Assembly (NCBI GenBank): GCA_028534125.1
Contig: CM052817.1
Coordinates: 3,660,001-3,724,000, forward strand
Source of the DNA: Lama glama
Taxonomy: Eukaryota
Length of the DNA: 64,000 nt
Direction: 5' to 3'
Shown here: piece after piece, positions 13,174 through 26,664 of the stretch
Numbering within the stretch: the first letter of the stretch is position 1
How the letters are laid out: each line of letters begins with the position of its first letter
Program-made: the position numbers and the translations under genes
The notes under the pieces: model-generated
Told to the model about the DNA's origin: nothing
The model's input: the letters and a program-made list of their open reading frames with translations, nothing else
Database searches by the model: none

Positions 13174-13283
13174 CAATCAATTAGGTAGATGTCTGGAGTT
13201 AAGTTGTTTTTCTTGAAATGGGCAAATAATTTCGGCAAATTTTCTTCAAAGAATACCTCAAATGCAGCAAAATAAGTCAACAT
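13174..13283 (-). CDS. TBC1D14: TBC1D14 exon 12 equivalent, [37 protein letters not shown]
   Basis: 110 nt; acceptor tctccctag|ATG; donor TTG|gtaaga; phase 0 to 2. Confidence 0.97.
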
Positions 13284-13479
13284 CTAGGGAGACAATGTGA
13301 AACATACTATAAACTCATTATCAGCACAAGCTTCCAGTCTACAAAAAAAGTCAACACACGTGTACCTTTAGAACCTAACACTCATCTTCATGCGTAACTG
13401 CACACATATCTTCTCTGGCAACCCGGAACCAGGCACTACACGTGCACCATCTAAATAAGCGCGGTCTCTATCTCACATC

Positions 13480-13610
13480 ACTGGCTGCATCTTATTATTT
13501 CTTCAATTTGTAGATAAGAGAACTGAAACCCAGAACAGTTCTGTCACTTGCCAAATGAGGTCACATCACCAGTGTGTGGCGAGGCGGGGCCCTGAACCTG
13601 TGCCTGTCCC
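13480..13610 (-). mobile_element. MIR SINE fragment
   Basis: TTGTAGATAAGAGAACTGAAACCCAGAACAGTT...CACTTGCC...AGGTCACA, MIR core in reverse. Confidence 0.6.
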
Positions 13611-14055
13611 CCAGCAACGGCTGACTCCTGACAGGTTCATTCTCTGAGAACCAGGGATGGATTAACTGCCTAAAACGATCTGAAAAACCAGGCATGCCTC
13701 CCTCCCAACCCCTAACATTTCCAGAGGGAACATAAAACATAACACTAACACTGAGGCAAGGGCAACACTGCTGTGGCTCAGAAGTGCAGCCCTTCAATGC
13801 AGTGAGGGAGAAACCCTGTGGGGAAAGGAAGCAGCCACGGCCTGTGTTTTACCAGCACACGCTTTTCACCTTCTTACAGGGTTTGCAGGAACACAAAATG
13901 GACCGAGCAGGGGCGGTGCTGAAACAGGATTAGGAGCGGCACACATCTGAGACGCAGCCTGGTTCTGTTCCACCCTTTCCCAGCTGGATGCCCGTGGGCA
14001 GACGGCAACTCTCAGAAGCTGTCTGCACATCTCAGCAAAGGGATGTTCTGAAAAC

Positions 14056-14266
14056 CAGTGGCTCCCAAGTAGGGGCGACTGTGCCTCTGAGGCGACACCT
14101 GGCTGTGCCTCAGGACATTTCTGATTGTTGCATCTAGTGGGGAGGTGCTACTGGCATCTGGTGGGGAAAGGCCAGGGGTGCTGCTGGACGGCGTCTGATG
14201 CACAGGACGGCCTCACCACAGCTGCGCAGCCCCAGATGTCCATGGCGCTGCTGCAGAGAAACCCTG
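14056..14266 (+). mobile_element. MER20 hAT-Charlie DNA transposon, near full length
   Basis: CAGTGGCTCCCAA ... GGTGCTACTGGCATCTGGTGGG..AGGCCAGGG.TGCTGCT ... ATGCACAGGACGGCC ... GAGAAACCCTG; ~210 bp. Confidence 0.85.
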
Positions 14267-14419
14267 CTGCAGATGCAGCTCCCACTCAACATTACAATTC
14301 TGTGATTTTTCCTTAACAACACAAGTTAAAATTTCTCATTTCTCATCATGTGTTTCCAAAGGGGTCTTCAAAATTAGAAGATACTTAGATGTACACCATA
14401 AAACCATAAACCATAAAAA

Positions 14420-14930
14420 AGGTTTTTTCCTGACTATGAAAGTAGTGTCTGTAAAATGCTCACTGTAGAAAACTTATGAAGTACAGAAACGAATAAAGAT
14501 CATCCATAAACACTACTAACATTGGGTGTACTTCCTTTTATTGTTAAATATGGTAGCTATTATGGCATATATTCTATTTTACATACTTCAGAAAAAATTT
14601 GCATTTTATCTTCAATCTTTCCCCGTACAGTTGTTTGCAATGTCAGTGTTGCACTGGGTAGAATATTTCCAGATCTTAATGAACATTCTGTATTGCCCTA
14701 AATACCCATTTTTAAAAGTTTTCATCTTCACAACGAAAAATAATTTTAAATTTTTACTGAATAATTATAACTGTGCAATAATCACTGTGCAAAGTGCTCT
14801 GTCCACACTTGTGATTTTCTTAGAAACAATTCTTCCGAAAATTACATACCAACACCGTTTACTGCTACTGACACCTAACACCAAACCGTCTTCCAGAAGG
14901 ACGCTGCCAATTTACACTTCCCTTGAGAGC
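14420..14930 (-). mobile_element. Old L1ME-type fragment
   Basis: AT-rich; ATGCTCACTGTAGAAAA and CCAAACCGTCTTCCAGAAGGACGCTGCCAATTTACACTTCC are L1 3'-region antisense motifs. Confidence 0.5.
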
Positions 14931-15748
14931 CACCATTTAGCAGCAGTTTCATAATACTTAAAAAAAAAATGTATGTAACAGCCTGAGCAAGATATACTCA
15001 GGAGTCCTTAAGACATCAAGGAAGAAACATTCTCTAGCTGTTCTGAACTATTAGATCCTTTTAGGTCTGAAATACTAGTGACAATTATCAGCAAGTGTCA
15101 GCAAACGACCAGCAAACCCAGACAATGCTTACTACAAAGCGGGTGGGTCTGGTGCATCGGTGACCTCCCTCCTGGGCTACAGGAAGAACACAGGCTTAGG
15201 AAGCAGAGGGGTCCAGTGCGGCTCTCCACAGACCAGATACGTGCCTCGACCGAGGCCTACCACTCCTGAGCCTCACTTCCTTGTCTGCACCAGGCAGTGG
15301 TCCCACCTCCAGGAGCGAGTGGGACCTCCCCAGGGCAAGGACTGCCAACTCCTTCCAGCCACTCATTTCTTCCTTCCGTCAGATGGAGGAGCCGGTCTTA
15401 AGCCCGTCTCCTCTCCTGTGTATGAGCATGCTGCGTGAGGCAGACCCCGACGTGGGGCTGCTCTGGGGCTTCTGCTTGGACACATGGTGTGCATGCTGGA
15501 ATATATTTTCAGAAATATTTTCCGAAAGGGTGCATTAAGAAATTTTTTCATATGGCTATTAATCACGTGCTTTTGAAGTTCAGCACAACACCCAAAAAAT
15601 CCTCCACGTCATGTAGTGCTACTTATTCTGAGTATCTTAGTGGAGGAAAAATGTACTATTTTTCCCCCTGAAGAGAAAGAATGATTAGGCCCCTCTTGCT
15701 GTGTGAAAACACAGTACCCAGGGCACAACACACACCGGGGATACTTAC

Positions 15749-15877
15749 AAGGCCATGGTCCACTCGAAAAAATGCCATTTGACATGGTTTATTCAAAAGA
15801 TTAGAAAAAGCAATGAAGGCATCTGCAGTATCTAAGTTCAGGATCAACACGGCCGCTATGAAGGACATGCCCTGAAC
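15749..15877 (-). CDS. TBC1D14: TBC1D14 exon 11 equivalent, [43 protein letters not shown]
   Basis: 129 nt; acceptor ttctctcctcctctcag|GTT; donor CTT|gtaagt; carries the Q finger. Confidence 0.97.
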
Positions 15878-16560
15878 CTGAGAGGAGGAGAGAAATGGGG
15901 ATTACACTGAGGCAGTTACCACAGTCAGAACAGCTCTGCCATCTTACTGGAAGAGGAACCTAAATCCCTCACACTGGAAGGATCCACACTGCACCCGCCC
16001 ATGGCCACCCGCCGGAGGCTGAACCGACAGCCCTCTCCGTACTGGCCTGGCCTTGCTGGGAACCGCCGCTCTGCCCCATCACCCACCTGCGTGCACTGCT
16101 CCAGCCCCACCCGCAATATGGGGAAAACCATGACCAGCCCCTCCTGCATCTGAGATGCCGCCCTCTGCAACATAGGGCTTCCTGGTGCCATAGAAATGTG
16201 CGTCTAACCAAACGCGTCACTCTAAAACTGCGCACACGCGTCTGCCAAGCTGCAGGCGCAGCAGCAGCACAGCGTCAAACGCAGTCACTGCTAAAAGCGC
16301 TTCTGACTTAATGCTGAAAAAAATCACATGCAAAAAATGGAAGTCAAATCCCATTAAAATGTGATTAATGCCACAGAGCAGCCACGTCAGCTCAACTTCC
16401 CTGCGAGGAAACTGAGGCAAATCATTTACTGTGAGACGTTTCATACTCAACAAAAAAACGGGGGCATTCAACCTGACACCTGCAGCTACAGTGTGCTGGC
16501 CAACATTCTGACTTTCTTTCTAGATGAGAACATCATAAAGTATTCAAAAAGTTCACTTAC

Positions 16561-16632
16561 ATAGCCCACATCCGGTCGATAACAAGTGTAAGCGCCCAGA
16601 ATGCTGTGCAGCATGTCGTGGTACGGCCCACC
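16561..16632 (-). CDS. TBC1D14: TBC1D14 exon 10 equivalent, [24 protein letters not shown]
   Basis: 72 nt; acceptor ccctgtag|GGT; donor TAT|gtaagt. Confidence 0.97.
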
Positions 16633-18506
16633 CTACAGGGACCAACACAGCGGGGACAGCATGCGTCAATCGTGTTAGTGCTTGGACTCGCTCCTGCCGC
16701 CGCCAATCACGCCCCCCGTGTACCAGGAGGACTAGATGACAAGCGTTACGCTAGCAGCTCAACACGTACGTGCAACTTGACAGATTAACTAGCAACCTGC
16801 AGTTAACAAGGCCCGTCTGCAGCTTGGTCTGCGAAGCTGCGCTGAAGTGAGCTGGTGGGTCAGGTGTGAGCACAGCGCTAGAAAAACAGCCCTAATTTGG
16901 CCCCTGCTGTGTAACTGCATTTCCCCTTTAGAGTTCAAGGGAGACCAGGTGCCCCAGGGTCCTTCAGAGGAGGGAGAGCTCACCGTCTTCCTGCCTCTGC
17001 CCCCTCTCCCCTGCTTGTCACTCTCTGTTTGTGTTTCTCAGGACGGCAGGTTTAGGAAACACACTCTGACTTTTTAAGTCCGAATAGCTACCATTTTATT
17101 CCAAATGTTCTCCCAGCTCCCCCATCCCTCCAAGATTTCCATTTGTTCCTGTAACTTCTTCCAAAAATTTAAGTGTTGGAATTTCTTTGCTCTAACAGAG
17201 CATGGAAGGAAGCTCGGAGGCACCTCACACTGATGTGAACGTGGGAGACACAGGCTCGGCCCAGATCATGGCTCAGGCCCACGTCTGCCACGTGTACATG
17301 AGAACGCCCTGGCCCGGCCATCCCATTCTGACATATAAAAAGAAGAGACCCTTCCAAATCACAGAGGGATAAAACAGCAATGGAAGGTAAAAAAGATGAC
17401 ACCCAGGGCTAAGAGGGTAAGGGGGGATGAGGGGGGTCCTGGGGCCGCATCACCTGAGGACCAGCGCGACTGTCACCAAGGGGTATCCGGTCTAAGGACA
17501 AAGGAGGAAAAAGCAAAGGTACTGCACTGGCCTTTCCTTAGAGCTACGTGTTCTTAATTTGGAAGACTTTGCGCCCTCCTCCTGATTACGTCCTCCTTAC
17601 TCTGGTGCTAAATGTCCTTTCTTTGATGAAAGATGGTGCTAGTAGATGGCAGTTTCTCGTTTCAAATGCCCTTAACTTGTTCTGGACATTTCATAGTTCC
17701 CCACACCACTTTTTTTTTTTTTTAAACATTGCCCATTTTTGAAATCTAGAACTTTGGGAACCACAGACTGAGGGAGACATCTGGCCGTGGGCACCCTTCA
17801 GGCACCGGCCCGGTTCTCGGACGGCCCTTCTCGGCAGAGCCCTGCCCTTATACTCTCTCTCCTCCAGAGCACAGACTGCCCTGCAGCTGGCTGCTACCTC
17901 AAACAGAGCAGCCGCCAGTCCACGGAACTGAGGATTCCCTGAACTATCAGCTGTTTGATGGCTCCATTCTGGTCCTCCTCCTGCCTGGGATGTCTCTCCC
18001 ATCCTCCGGTCAGACTGTCATTCGAACCTGGTCCAATCACAGCCCAAGAGCCACTTCCTCAGTGAGCATGCCTGACCCCTCATCCCTGCCCTCTCCTGGC
18101 TGCTGTACGTGGACCAGGAGAGTGAACCATTACCTGTCTGTGCTTGTCAGAGTACCCGGGACACACCCACATTTCTGCAAAGCCCACCTGTCTAACCTCT
18201 ACACCTCCTGGCTCATTCTAGGCAACCACTAACTGATTTGTTCTAATTTATTCCACTTTCCTTTAATGGTTCCCTAGTGGGTACATGGGCATAACAGAAC
18301 CAGACTGGGTATCTCAAAGTCATACTAAATACTTGTTGGAAAGAATCAGTTACCCTTATTTTTAAAACTCTACATAGATCAACATAAGACCTTCCCTCTC
18401 GCCAAAAAGCCCTAGTACTTTTCAAACTTGATCACAAATATGTGCAATTTGGCACCTGTGAATTCCAGACAAAACATACTGAAAGTAACAAATCACCACC
18501 ACCTAC

Positions 18507-18601
18507 TTGCTGGAAAATGCAGAGATTAGGGAAGGTTCTGGAAATGTCCAGTTTAATAAGCTCCAGGCTGGCTTCTCTGTCTGCTGCTGAAAAACCAGCA
18601 T
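18507..18601 (-). CDS. TBC1D14: TBC1D14 exon 9 equivalent, (D)AGFSAADREASLELIKLDISRTFPNLCIFQQ
   Basis: 95 nt; acceptor cttttgacag|AT; donor CAA|gtaggt; carries the R finger IKLDISR. Confidence 0.97.
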
Positions 18602-19557
18602 CTGTCAAAAGATCAACAGTCATCACACCTCTCAGAGGCAAGTGTGTGGAGCAGCTACAAGGCTTTGAACTTTTATGAGAACGAAACAAGAAAAGGAAGT
18701 TCTTCAGAAGTACATGGACCTAATTACCACCTGAACCAACAGGATCAACAGTTTGTAGAGTTTACACCAGTTTGTAGAGTTTCTTGCTTTAAGGGCAAAA
18801 ATCTCACAGCACCATCTAATGCTAGATCATCATCAGATACTTTCCAGAGTGTGAAATCAAAATCTGATTTGATATTACCTTTGCCAACAACTGTCACGGA
18901 AGTGAGGACAAGTAAGGCGACAGACACACAAATGGATTCCAGGCACAGAAAACACAAAAAAACCCATTATTTGATCTAGAGCATCACTGGGATGAACTGA
19001 GAGCACATGGGAGCTACTGCAGCACAGCACTCATGCGCACCATCTCTAATGAGCACGTATGAGTAACTTGCTTTATGCTTTTTAATTCTAATACCACACA
19101 GACAGCATAAAGGCAGGTCAGCAAAAAAGACACCACTCAACTAACAGAGGTCATCACAACCATTCTCGTGTGTTATGGAAAATTCTAAAAGCATAATCTA
19201 GGAAATACGCTGTTTTTCTTGTCTCTGTGGAAGTGGTTCCTCAATAAACCAGCTCTCAAGCGATCCTGGGTGCCAGGCTACTGTAAATCATGTGAATAGT
19301 GAATAAAGGAAACAAAACTGGTGATGATCAGCCTTCCAGCATCTTAGGACACACTCAACTCTCAGGAATTGGTATTATCTTTCTTATAAAAGTTTCTTTC
19401 TTTAATTTGTTTGCTCTAAAAAATCCCTTTTGCCATGAAGCGTTTATATTTTGCACAAACCACTATTTCAGTTAAGTAAATTTTCTTCATTATGTAATAA
19501 ATAATGACATACATATGTGACCGAAGGAGCCCACAGGTGTGTTAGCATCATACATAC

Positions 19558-19638
19558 CTTCACTGTCCACTTCAGAGCCTCCTGTGCTAAAGGACCGCCA
19601 CCTCTCCTTGGCTCGGGCAAGACAGATGTCAAAGAGTT
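19558..19638 (-). CDS. TBC1D14: TBC1D14 exon 8 equivalent, (E)LFDICLARAKERWRSFSTGGSEVDSE
   Basis: 81 nt; acceptor cttttcttccag|AA; donor AAG|gtatgt; phase 1-1. Confidence 0.97.
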
Positions 19639-19914
19639 CTGGAAGAAAAGCCTCTGGGTAAGTATCAAGTGCACACGTGAGTATGCCTCCTTGAAAACAC
19701 CAGAGAGTACACACTGCCTCATTCAAATGTTTAAAGTTCAACTACAGCTAAGGCTACTTAAACAATCCCCCACTTAGCCTGAGGGCGCTGATGTCTGAAG
19801 ACACCACCAAATACAAAGAGACACACAAAATGCCACTCTGCGTGGTGTTTACTTAGATTACACAACCCACCCATCAACTGTTTTGCTTCGATGTATTTGT
19901 GAGTCTATCGCCTC

Positions 19915-20032
19915 TATTAGACTGTGAGCTCCAGTGAGACTGGGAGGGTCTGTTGTTCATATTTGTATCCAGAGCAAACAGCACTGGGATTGACACAAAT
20001 CAGTACAATCAATGAGTATCTGACAGATGAAG
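19915..20032 (+). mobile_element. L2 LINE 3' end fragment
   Basis: TAGACTGTGAGCTCC...TGTTCA..TTTGTATCC...CAATCAATGAGTATCTGACAGATGAA. Confidence 0.55.
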
Positions 20033-23008
20033 AAAGCGAGAGACAAGCAGAAAAGCCATCTGGTTTTAAATAAAGACAAAATGGAACCGCTACTCCCTGG
20101 CCCAGTCTTCCTGAACATGCTGCCTGAAAGGGGGCAGCGATGCAAGCAACACAGGCAGAAGTTAAAAAAAAAAGAAAATGAGGATTCTTGTTGGCAGAGA
20201 GGTGCCAAGGCAGGTCTCCCACAAGGCAGCCTCCATGTCTCACCCATATTTGGAACTTATTTTTCAATAATTCTTCTCTTTGGGTAGTTTGGCAATGGTG
20301 AAATACTAACTCTGCGCACAGATTTCACTGTTACACACAGACCTCCGTGGTATATCCACGCCCCAGTCTTCCTGAAAGAGCGAAAATGAAGACTGACCCC
20401 ACAGAGACCCCCCCGCCTTCCCCGGCCCGGATGCTCCCCAGCCATCGGTTGCCCTGGATTGCGAACACTCACTAGTTGATCACTAAGACTTTAATTACAG
20501 CTACTCAGAGAATTTCTGTAACTTTATTTTTTCCATCAAACTTTTGGAAAATAAAGCAGAGCACATCTGCCTTCTGGATAGTATATGCTGTTTTATTAAA
20601 ATATAAATCAAATTCTAGTAATACTATTGTGTTCCAGTAAGTAAAATTTTGATTAACAACCCTTTTCTAACCTTGTGATGATCTGACCCACAATCTATGA
20701 GAGTCCGTAAGCGCAGTGCAACTATGAAATAAAACTGCATGTTGATGTCAGCACCTGAAAGGCAGCAACAAGCATCCTCATTCAAATGCTTAAGGGACAG
20801 ATCTGGAGGAGTGCTGAGCTGGAGGCTAGAGGGTCTGGGAGCCTCTGCCCGCTCTCAGTTCCCAGGAGTTGGGCTTAGCTTTGATCATTTTGGCAGGAGG
20901 TGAAGGAAAACAACTGTGTGGTCCCACTTCCCAAATGAGGTTTCGACAGTTAAAGCACAGATGCTGGCAGTCTCGGGGTGAAATGGGTCAAAAGTATCAG
21001 GTTTTAAAACATCCCTTGGTTTTACTAGTGTGTGCCTGTGAGGAGGGGAGAAGTTAGAACAGTGAATACACCTTCTTCCCTGACCCAGTTTCAAAGTACA
21101 AGGCTGACTTCCCTACGAGTGAAGTTTTAACAGCACCATTAGGTCGACTTTCAGTAAGTTTCCAATTGCACAACCACAGAAAGAACAAAACTCTGGGGCT
21201 TCCCAAATCACAACACAGGCTTCAGAGTCAGCTGAGGCCAGAACGTCCCAGCTCCACCATACACTGGCCATGAGGCTGGGGCACGGTCCCTGACCTTTTC
21301 AGGATGCTAGATGCTCAGCAGAGAAATAAGGTCAACACCACCTGCCCCTCAGACTGCGCTTGTTGTTAAGTAAGATGGGAGCAAAGAGCCCAGTACGATG
21401 CCTAGCCTCACAGCAGACCTTGAGATGACCTGTGTTCTCACACTCGCTTGAATATGCAGTAAAACTGAGATTAAGTAGGACCCAATAAGGTGGCATTCAC
21501 TCATTCACTCAGCAAACACTTCCTGAGGGCCTGCCTTGTGCAGAGAGCTGTGCTGGGCTCAGCGACAGAACGGAGAGCGTCACAGGTGAGGCCCCAGCGT
21601 CCAGAGCACCTGCTCTAGGGGACAACCAGTAACAGGCAGACAACCACACAAGACAGGCACAATGCAAATACAATGAGCCAATATCAAAATTTAGACAAAC
21701 TTTCAAGACATATAATTGACTAATTAGTTGTTTAACCCAATGTACTATGATATGGTCCATAGAAGATTTTAATTTAAATAAAATCAGTGCAGCCACCAGG
21801 GAGAACCAAAAATTAAAGACATACACACACATGCAGAACTCTGCATTACATTCAACTGGCTTAGAGCTGCTGGCAGAGAGTTTAGAAATTTTCAGGAACG
21901 AGGACCGAGACAAACGGTCAGCCATGTCTTCCAACCTCTACTTTCAGGAAAGCTTGTTAAAACCTATTTCCACGAGTTAAATGATACACATCTTCTCACG
22001 TAAAAACATTAAGGTTTTGGCAGGTATGGGTCAGCCAAGAAATGGAACTTCGCGATGATCACATGAACAGAAACCAGTCACCATCCACCCAAGCAGCTGC
22101 CACCAGTCAAGATGGAGAACACCGCCAGCCAAGGCTCCAATCACAGGGTAAGATCGAAGTCTTACAAAATAAAGAGCGCGGTAACAAGATGAACCCGAGC
22201 TACACAGGGAAGGCACACATCAGTCTATTTTCAGCTCAAAGGCCTTCAACAGGGCAAAAGTTGCCACCACCAACTCCACAACTCCACAGACTGGGCGCTA
22301 ATATAAAGAAGACAGTTAAGGAGTTTCTATCCTCAGCAGCTTAGACTGCAGACAGAGGACACAGTACTAAGCAATGATTCCCACTTACTAACACTTAGTT
22401 GTAAGTCTGTGACCTCCTGGTGTTGGTTTCACCCTGCACCACAGCTGGCAGAGAGGGCAAGGAGCCCAGGGAATGCTGTGGTGGGGCCTCAGGAAGGGAA
22501 GTACACATCTCACTTCTCTCTGGACACACGGTTCTAGACCCTCAAGGACCCAGTCCGAGCACAGTGTGTTGTCCCCTCTAAGGCGCTTATACATGAGAGG
22601 CCTGGGAGGAAAATGCCACAAAAAACCAACAGCGCCCCAAATACAGGACCTCCACAGAAGGAAACACCCACCTCCCTTACATTTTCATGTCCCCACTGAG
22701 GCTTGCTTTCTACAGGACACCGAGAAGAGATGCTCTGAGACCCGTACGTGCTACCCCGTGCACTCGGGGAAGATGACAGGTATCAGGAAGAAGGCAGGCA
22801 TTTGCTCCGAACCAGAAAACTGAAGCACCAGGAGTGAACCCAGGCCTCCCCACCCGCTGCCCTCCTGGAAGACACACTCATCTGGCCCCTCAAAAGACAC
22901 AGCTTTGTGGCAATGGCTGCCTTTCTTCCTAACAGGGTAGATGGGACAGGAGAAGCCACAGGACCCAGGGGTGGACTCCCCGAGCCTAGGATCACGCAGG
23001 CCACTCAC

Positions 23009-23115
23009 CATGGGTGATATTTAACTCGTTGCCAATGGCTAAGCTCCAGACTTTGCCTCTCACGCTGGGAGGGATCCCCTGCCACCATAAATCTCGAACT
23101 TTCCTAGAGCACCAC
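23009..23115 (-). CDS. TBC1D14: TBC1D14 exon 7 equivalent, [35 protein letters not shown]
   Basis: 107 nt; acceptor tttttatccag|G; donor ATG|gtgagt; start of the TBC domain (GIP..RG.VW). Confidence 0.97.
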
Positions 23116-24599
23116 CTGGATAAAAATGGAAGCAAAAACGGAGTTCACGAGTCTGTTCTCAGTGAAGAAATGCTTGTCCACCCACGTGCCTAACCCCGAA
23201 CCACAGAAGTGGGTGTATACAGTCGTATGTCACAGCCCCTGGCCTCAGGCACCCTACAGTCCAGTGGTCCATACAGACCAGGAGACCAAGGCTACCTTCC
23301 ACCAGGCAACTACTGTGACAGGGGAGGCCAAAGGCACTGCATACCCAGAGACGGGCACCACAAACCATGGGGCCCAGGGCACCATTCTGGAGCCAAATTC
23401 TGAGTGACCAGTAGCAATTTAAGCAGATGAAGGATGGGAAGGACTCTGTGAGCAGAAAGCACAGCAACAAGAAATAACCTGGCCTGATACAGGAACCGCA
23501 AACAGCTGGGCACAGGGTGGGGCGCCAGGAGGCACTGCCGCACAGCTGCAGGTGAGGGCGGACCCCAAGGGGCCTCGTGAAGTGAGCCCAAGAGCATGGC
23601 CGCCAACCGCTGCACTGCTGCACACAGGCAAGGGACTCGGTAGCGAGCTGCCGAAAGCTAACTCAGAACACTCTGAGCTGCCCGAAGTCGTTGAGGTCTG
23701 CGGGTCACAACGAGCACACACCGCTAACAGACTGGGACAAACATGTAGGTGCCAAAGACTCCCAACACAGGGCTTCCTGACACAGCACAGTGGGAGGGCA
23801 TGGGCTGACGCTGCAGGCAGCAGGGCTGCATCCTCACTGCACCCTGACCTGTGGAACTGAAGCAAACTTCTCCTCTCCCTCGGTATCCTTCTCCCTAACA
23901 CCAAGGTGACGAACCCCCCCACCCCCACGGGGCTGCTGCGAGGGTCAAGTCAGGTAAAGCCCAAGGGCACCTGCCACAGGGCCTGGCGCCAGCGGGGCCA
24001 TTAAGTGGCAGTTCTCTTACGACTGCCTGCGCTGGATCGCAGCAAGCCTCTGTCAGCGTCGGATGGACCAGGGTGGGGTCTGCAGCCACACAGGGAGACA
24101 GTCCAAGGGCTCTGAGGACCTTAACTCTTGTCAGTGAGTTCCGTTCGAGAAAAAGTGTTTCCTGACCACGTCCACCCTGTTAGAGACACTGCCTAGAAAA
24201 CCAGGCTCCGGGAACAGCCTGTTTTCCTAGTGCAGATGCGCAACAGGGTCACCCCAGCCCCGTAATGAGTGAGTGACACCCAGGGAAGCGCTAGAGCAAG
24301 TCCCCAACATCCCAACATACAGGTCAGGTTGAAAGGACAAGAGCTAAAAGGAAACTGGCATCCAAGCTCCCCACAGCTCCTGCAGACCGGGGAGCCCCCA
24401 AAACAGCCACAAGCCCTTGCACACGGCCTGGGACTGTTGTCCACATGCTAACTGTTCTGGCCACACAGAAAGAAAGATCTACATCTGTCCCTCAGATGTA
24501 AAGATGACAGCAGCTGCCAGACTCTACTGGGTACAGGGGGTTGTCACCAAAGCAGACCCAGTGCCCATCCTGAGACAGAGAGCAACAGAAGCTTGAGCA

Positions 24600-25030
24600 G
24601 ACGGATACAGTGTACTCAGAGGGGGTCTTCTACAGGCACCTGGAGCCAGGGCGAGGGCAGCAAAGTCTTCTCCAAGGGACTGAACCTTGAAGGACAAAGT
24701 GTTAACTGGATGAGGAGTTACAGGACAAGAGCACTCTTAAGTAGAGAGTGAGATGTGCAAAGGCCCTGAGGCTCCCTAAGGACAGGGCTCTGTCCAAGCA
24801 AAGGAGAGCGGAAGGTGAGGCTACAGAGAAAGGGACGGGCTAGCTCACAAAGGGTCCTGTCAGCTAAGCCAAGCAATTCACATTTCACACTGAGAGTCAC
24901 AAGTTTCTGAAATTTTAAGTATGGAAGTGACACAGATTCATGCCTTAGAAGACCCCTCTGGCTGCTGAGTAGATCATGAACTAGAAGGTGTGCAGGGTGG
25001 GGTGGCTGTCACAGTATGTGGATATGGAAC
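24600..25030 (-). mobile_element. L2 LINE fragment
   Basis: GATGTGCAAAGGCCCTGAGG and AGTGACACAGATTCATGCCTTAGAAGACCCCTCTGGCTGCTG are L2 antisense motifs. Confidence 0.55.
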
Positions 25031-25189
25031 AAGACCAAACCGAGGCAGGGGAAGGAGCCTCTGCACCTTGACCTCATCAGGTAACTCCATCAAAGGTTGT
25101 GATGTGATTCACAACTAATGCAGCTGCTTCGCACAGATTCTACCAAGAAGTGATTTACAGCCCAGCGAGCCCACTGTGTCACAGCTTAC

Positions 25190-25307
25190 ATTGTTTCCCA
25201 GTTAGGCAAAATCTCATTATTCCAGGTAAGGACAGCATTTCCAATACTGTCTTCTAATCTGCATCTTTCTTCCAGCTGCTTTTTCCTCCTCTGGGCTTCT
25301 TTCAGCT
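25190..25307 (-). CDS. TBC1D14: TBC1D14 exon 6 equivalent, (E)LKEAQRRKKQLEERCRLEDSIGNAVLTWNNEILPNWETM
   Basis: 118 nt; acceptor tgatttccag|AG; donor AAT|gtaagc; phase 1 to 2. Confidence 0.97.
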
Positions 25308-25784
25308 CTGGAAATCACAAGTAAAAATACGAAGAAAACATCTATTAATTGATGTCCACCAATTTCAAGCTGGGTGGTTCTTCTCAGAGTCATGCTGCAT
25401 AAAAACCAGGAAAACAGCACTGAAATAGAGCAATGAAACCTGACCTTCCAAGACTCATTTCATATCGTAGGGAATTCAGAATGCTTAGGCATTATTCATC
25501 CTTTAGTAAGCTTTTTGTAACATACACACCGTGTAACATGTATACAGAAAAGGACACACACAGGAACACAGCAGGGCTATCACAAAATAGACAAACTCAG
25601 GAAACTACCACTGCAGTCAGAAGACAGAACATTAACAGAACACCAGAAGCCTCTCTTGTGCTCCCCCAACCCAATCCCCTTTCCAATGTAACCTCCAACC
25701 TCACTTCTGTTTAAGAATAATGCTTAGTGTACAATAGTGACCCTGAGAAATACCATGCATTTTCATTTATATATACTTTTCTAA

Positions 25785-26190
25785 TATTTTTTCTGGTACA
25801 ATACACAAAACATAAAATTTACCACTTTAAGTGTACATTCAGCAGCATTAAGTATATCCACCCTATTATGCAACCATCACCACCATTCATCCCAGGAATT
25901 TTTTCATCTTGGCAAACTCAAACTCTGTCTCCATCAAACACTGAGTTCCCCATTCCCCCTCCCCACAGTCCCTGACAACCTCCACTCTACTTTCTGTCTC
26001 TATGAATCTGACTATTTGGGGGACCTCATATAAGCGGAATCATATAGTATTTGTCCTTTTGTGTCTGGCTTATTTCACTGAGAATAATGTTTTCAAGCTT
26101 CATGTCGTAGCATGTGTCAGAATTTCATTCCTTTTTAAGGCTGAGTAATATTCCATTGTATGGATGGACCACATTTTGTTCATTATTCAT
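25785..26190 (-). mobile_element. L1MA/MB-type LINE-1 3' end
   Basis: AAAATTTACCACTTTAAGTGTACA...CTACTTTCTGTCTCTATGAAT...ACCTCATATAAG.GGAATCATATAGTATTTGTCCTTTTGTGTCTGGCTTATTTCACT...AAGGCTGAGTAATATTCCATTGTATGG. Confidence 0.88.
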
Positions 26191-26581
26191 ACTTTTTAAA
26201 CATCCAAGAAGCAAAGGATTTTTAGGTGCTGCAAGGCGCTTTACCAAATCCCACCACATCTTCCTGTAAACAGGAAAAACAGCCCAGAGGAAAGGAGATC
26301 TGGCCATCACTACTGGCCGAGGCCGTCTCCAGCTAGGACTTTTACCCTACGCAGTCTCTCTCCTAGAGTAATTCAAAGTGCTATTCTCTTCAGTAAAGCT
26401 ACCAGGAATGAACAATTAGTAGAAACGTACATTTTTGATGGAAAATTACAAATATCAAGATAGTAAAGCATTCAACAAAGTTCAGGCTCTTGAGCATCAA
26501 AATGTAAAAACGAGAAAATATCCAGAGAGACACAAAATCCTGTGCCACCTTATGTAACCAAACACATGTGAACTCCATTAC

Positions 26582-26664
26582 CTCGTTTTTTGGCCTGAAC
26601 CACCATTTCTTCATACTGTTGCCTGTGTTTCTGAGCCTCTTCAGCTGGCTTCGCCGGGAGATTT
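26582..26664 (-). CDS. TBC1D14: TBC1D14 exon 5 equivalent, NLPAKPAEEAQKHRQQYEEMVVQAKKR
   Basis: 83 nt; acceptor ttttctgttaag|A (AAG type); donor GAG|gtaatg; phase 2 to 1. Confidence 0.97.

Noticed and set aside
14526..14954. 142-aa hydrophobic ORF
   Set aside because: AT-rich antisense L1 remnant, non-ATG start, no domain or splice support.
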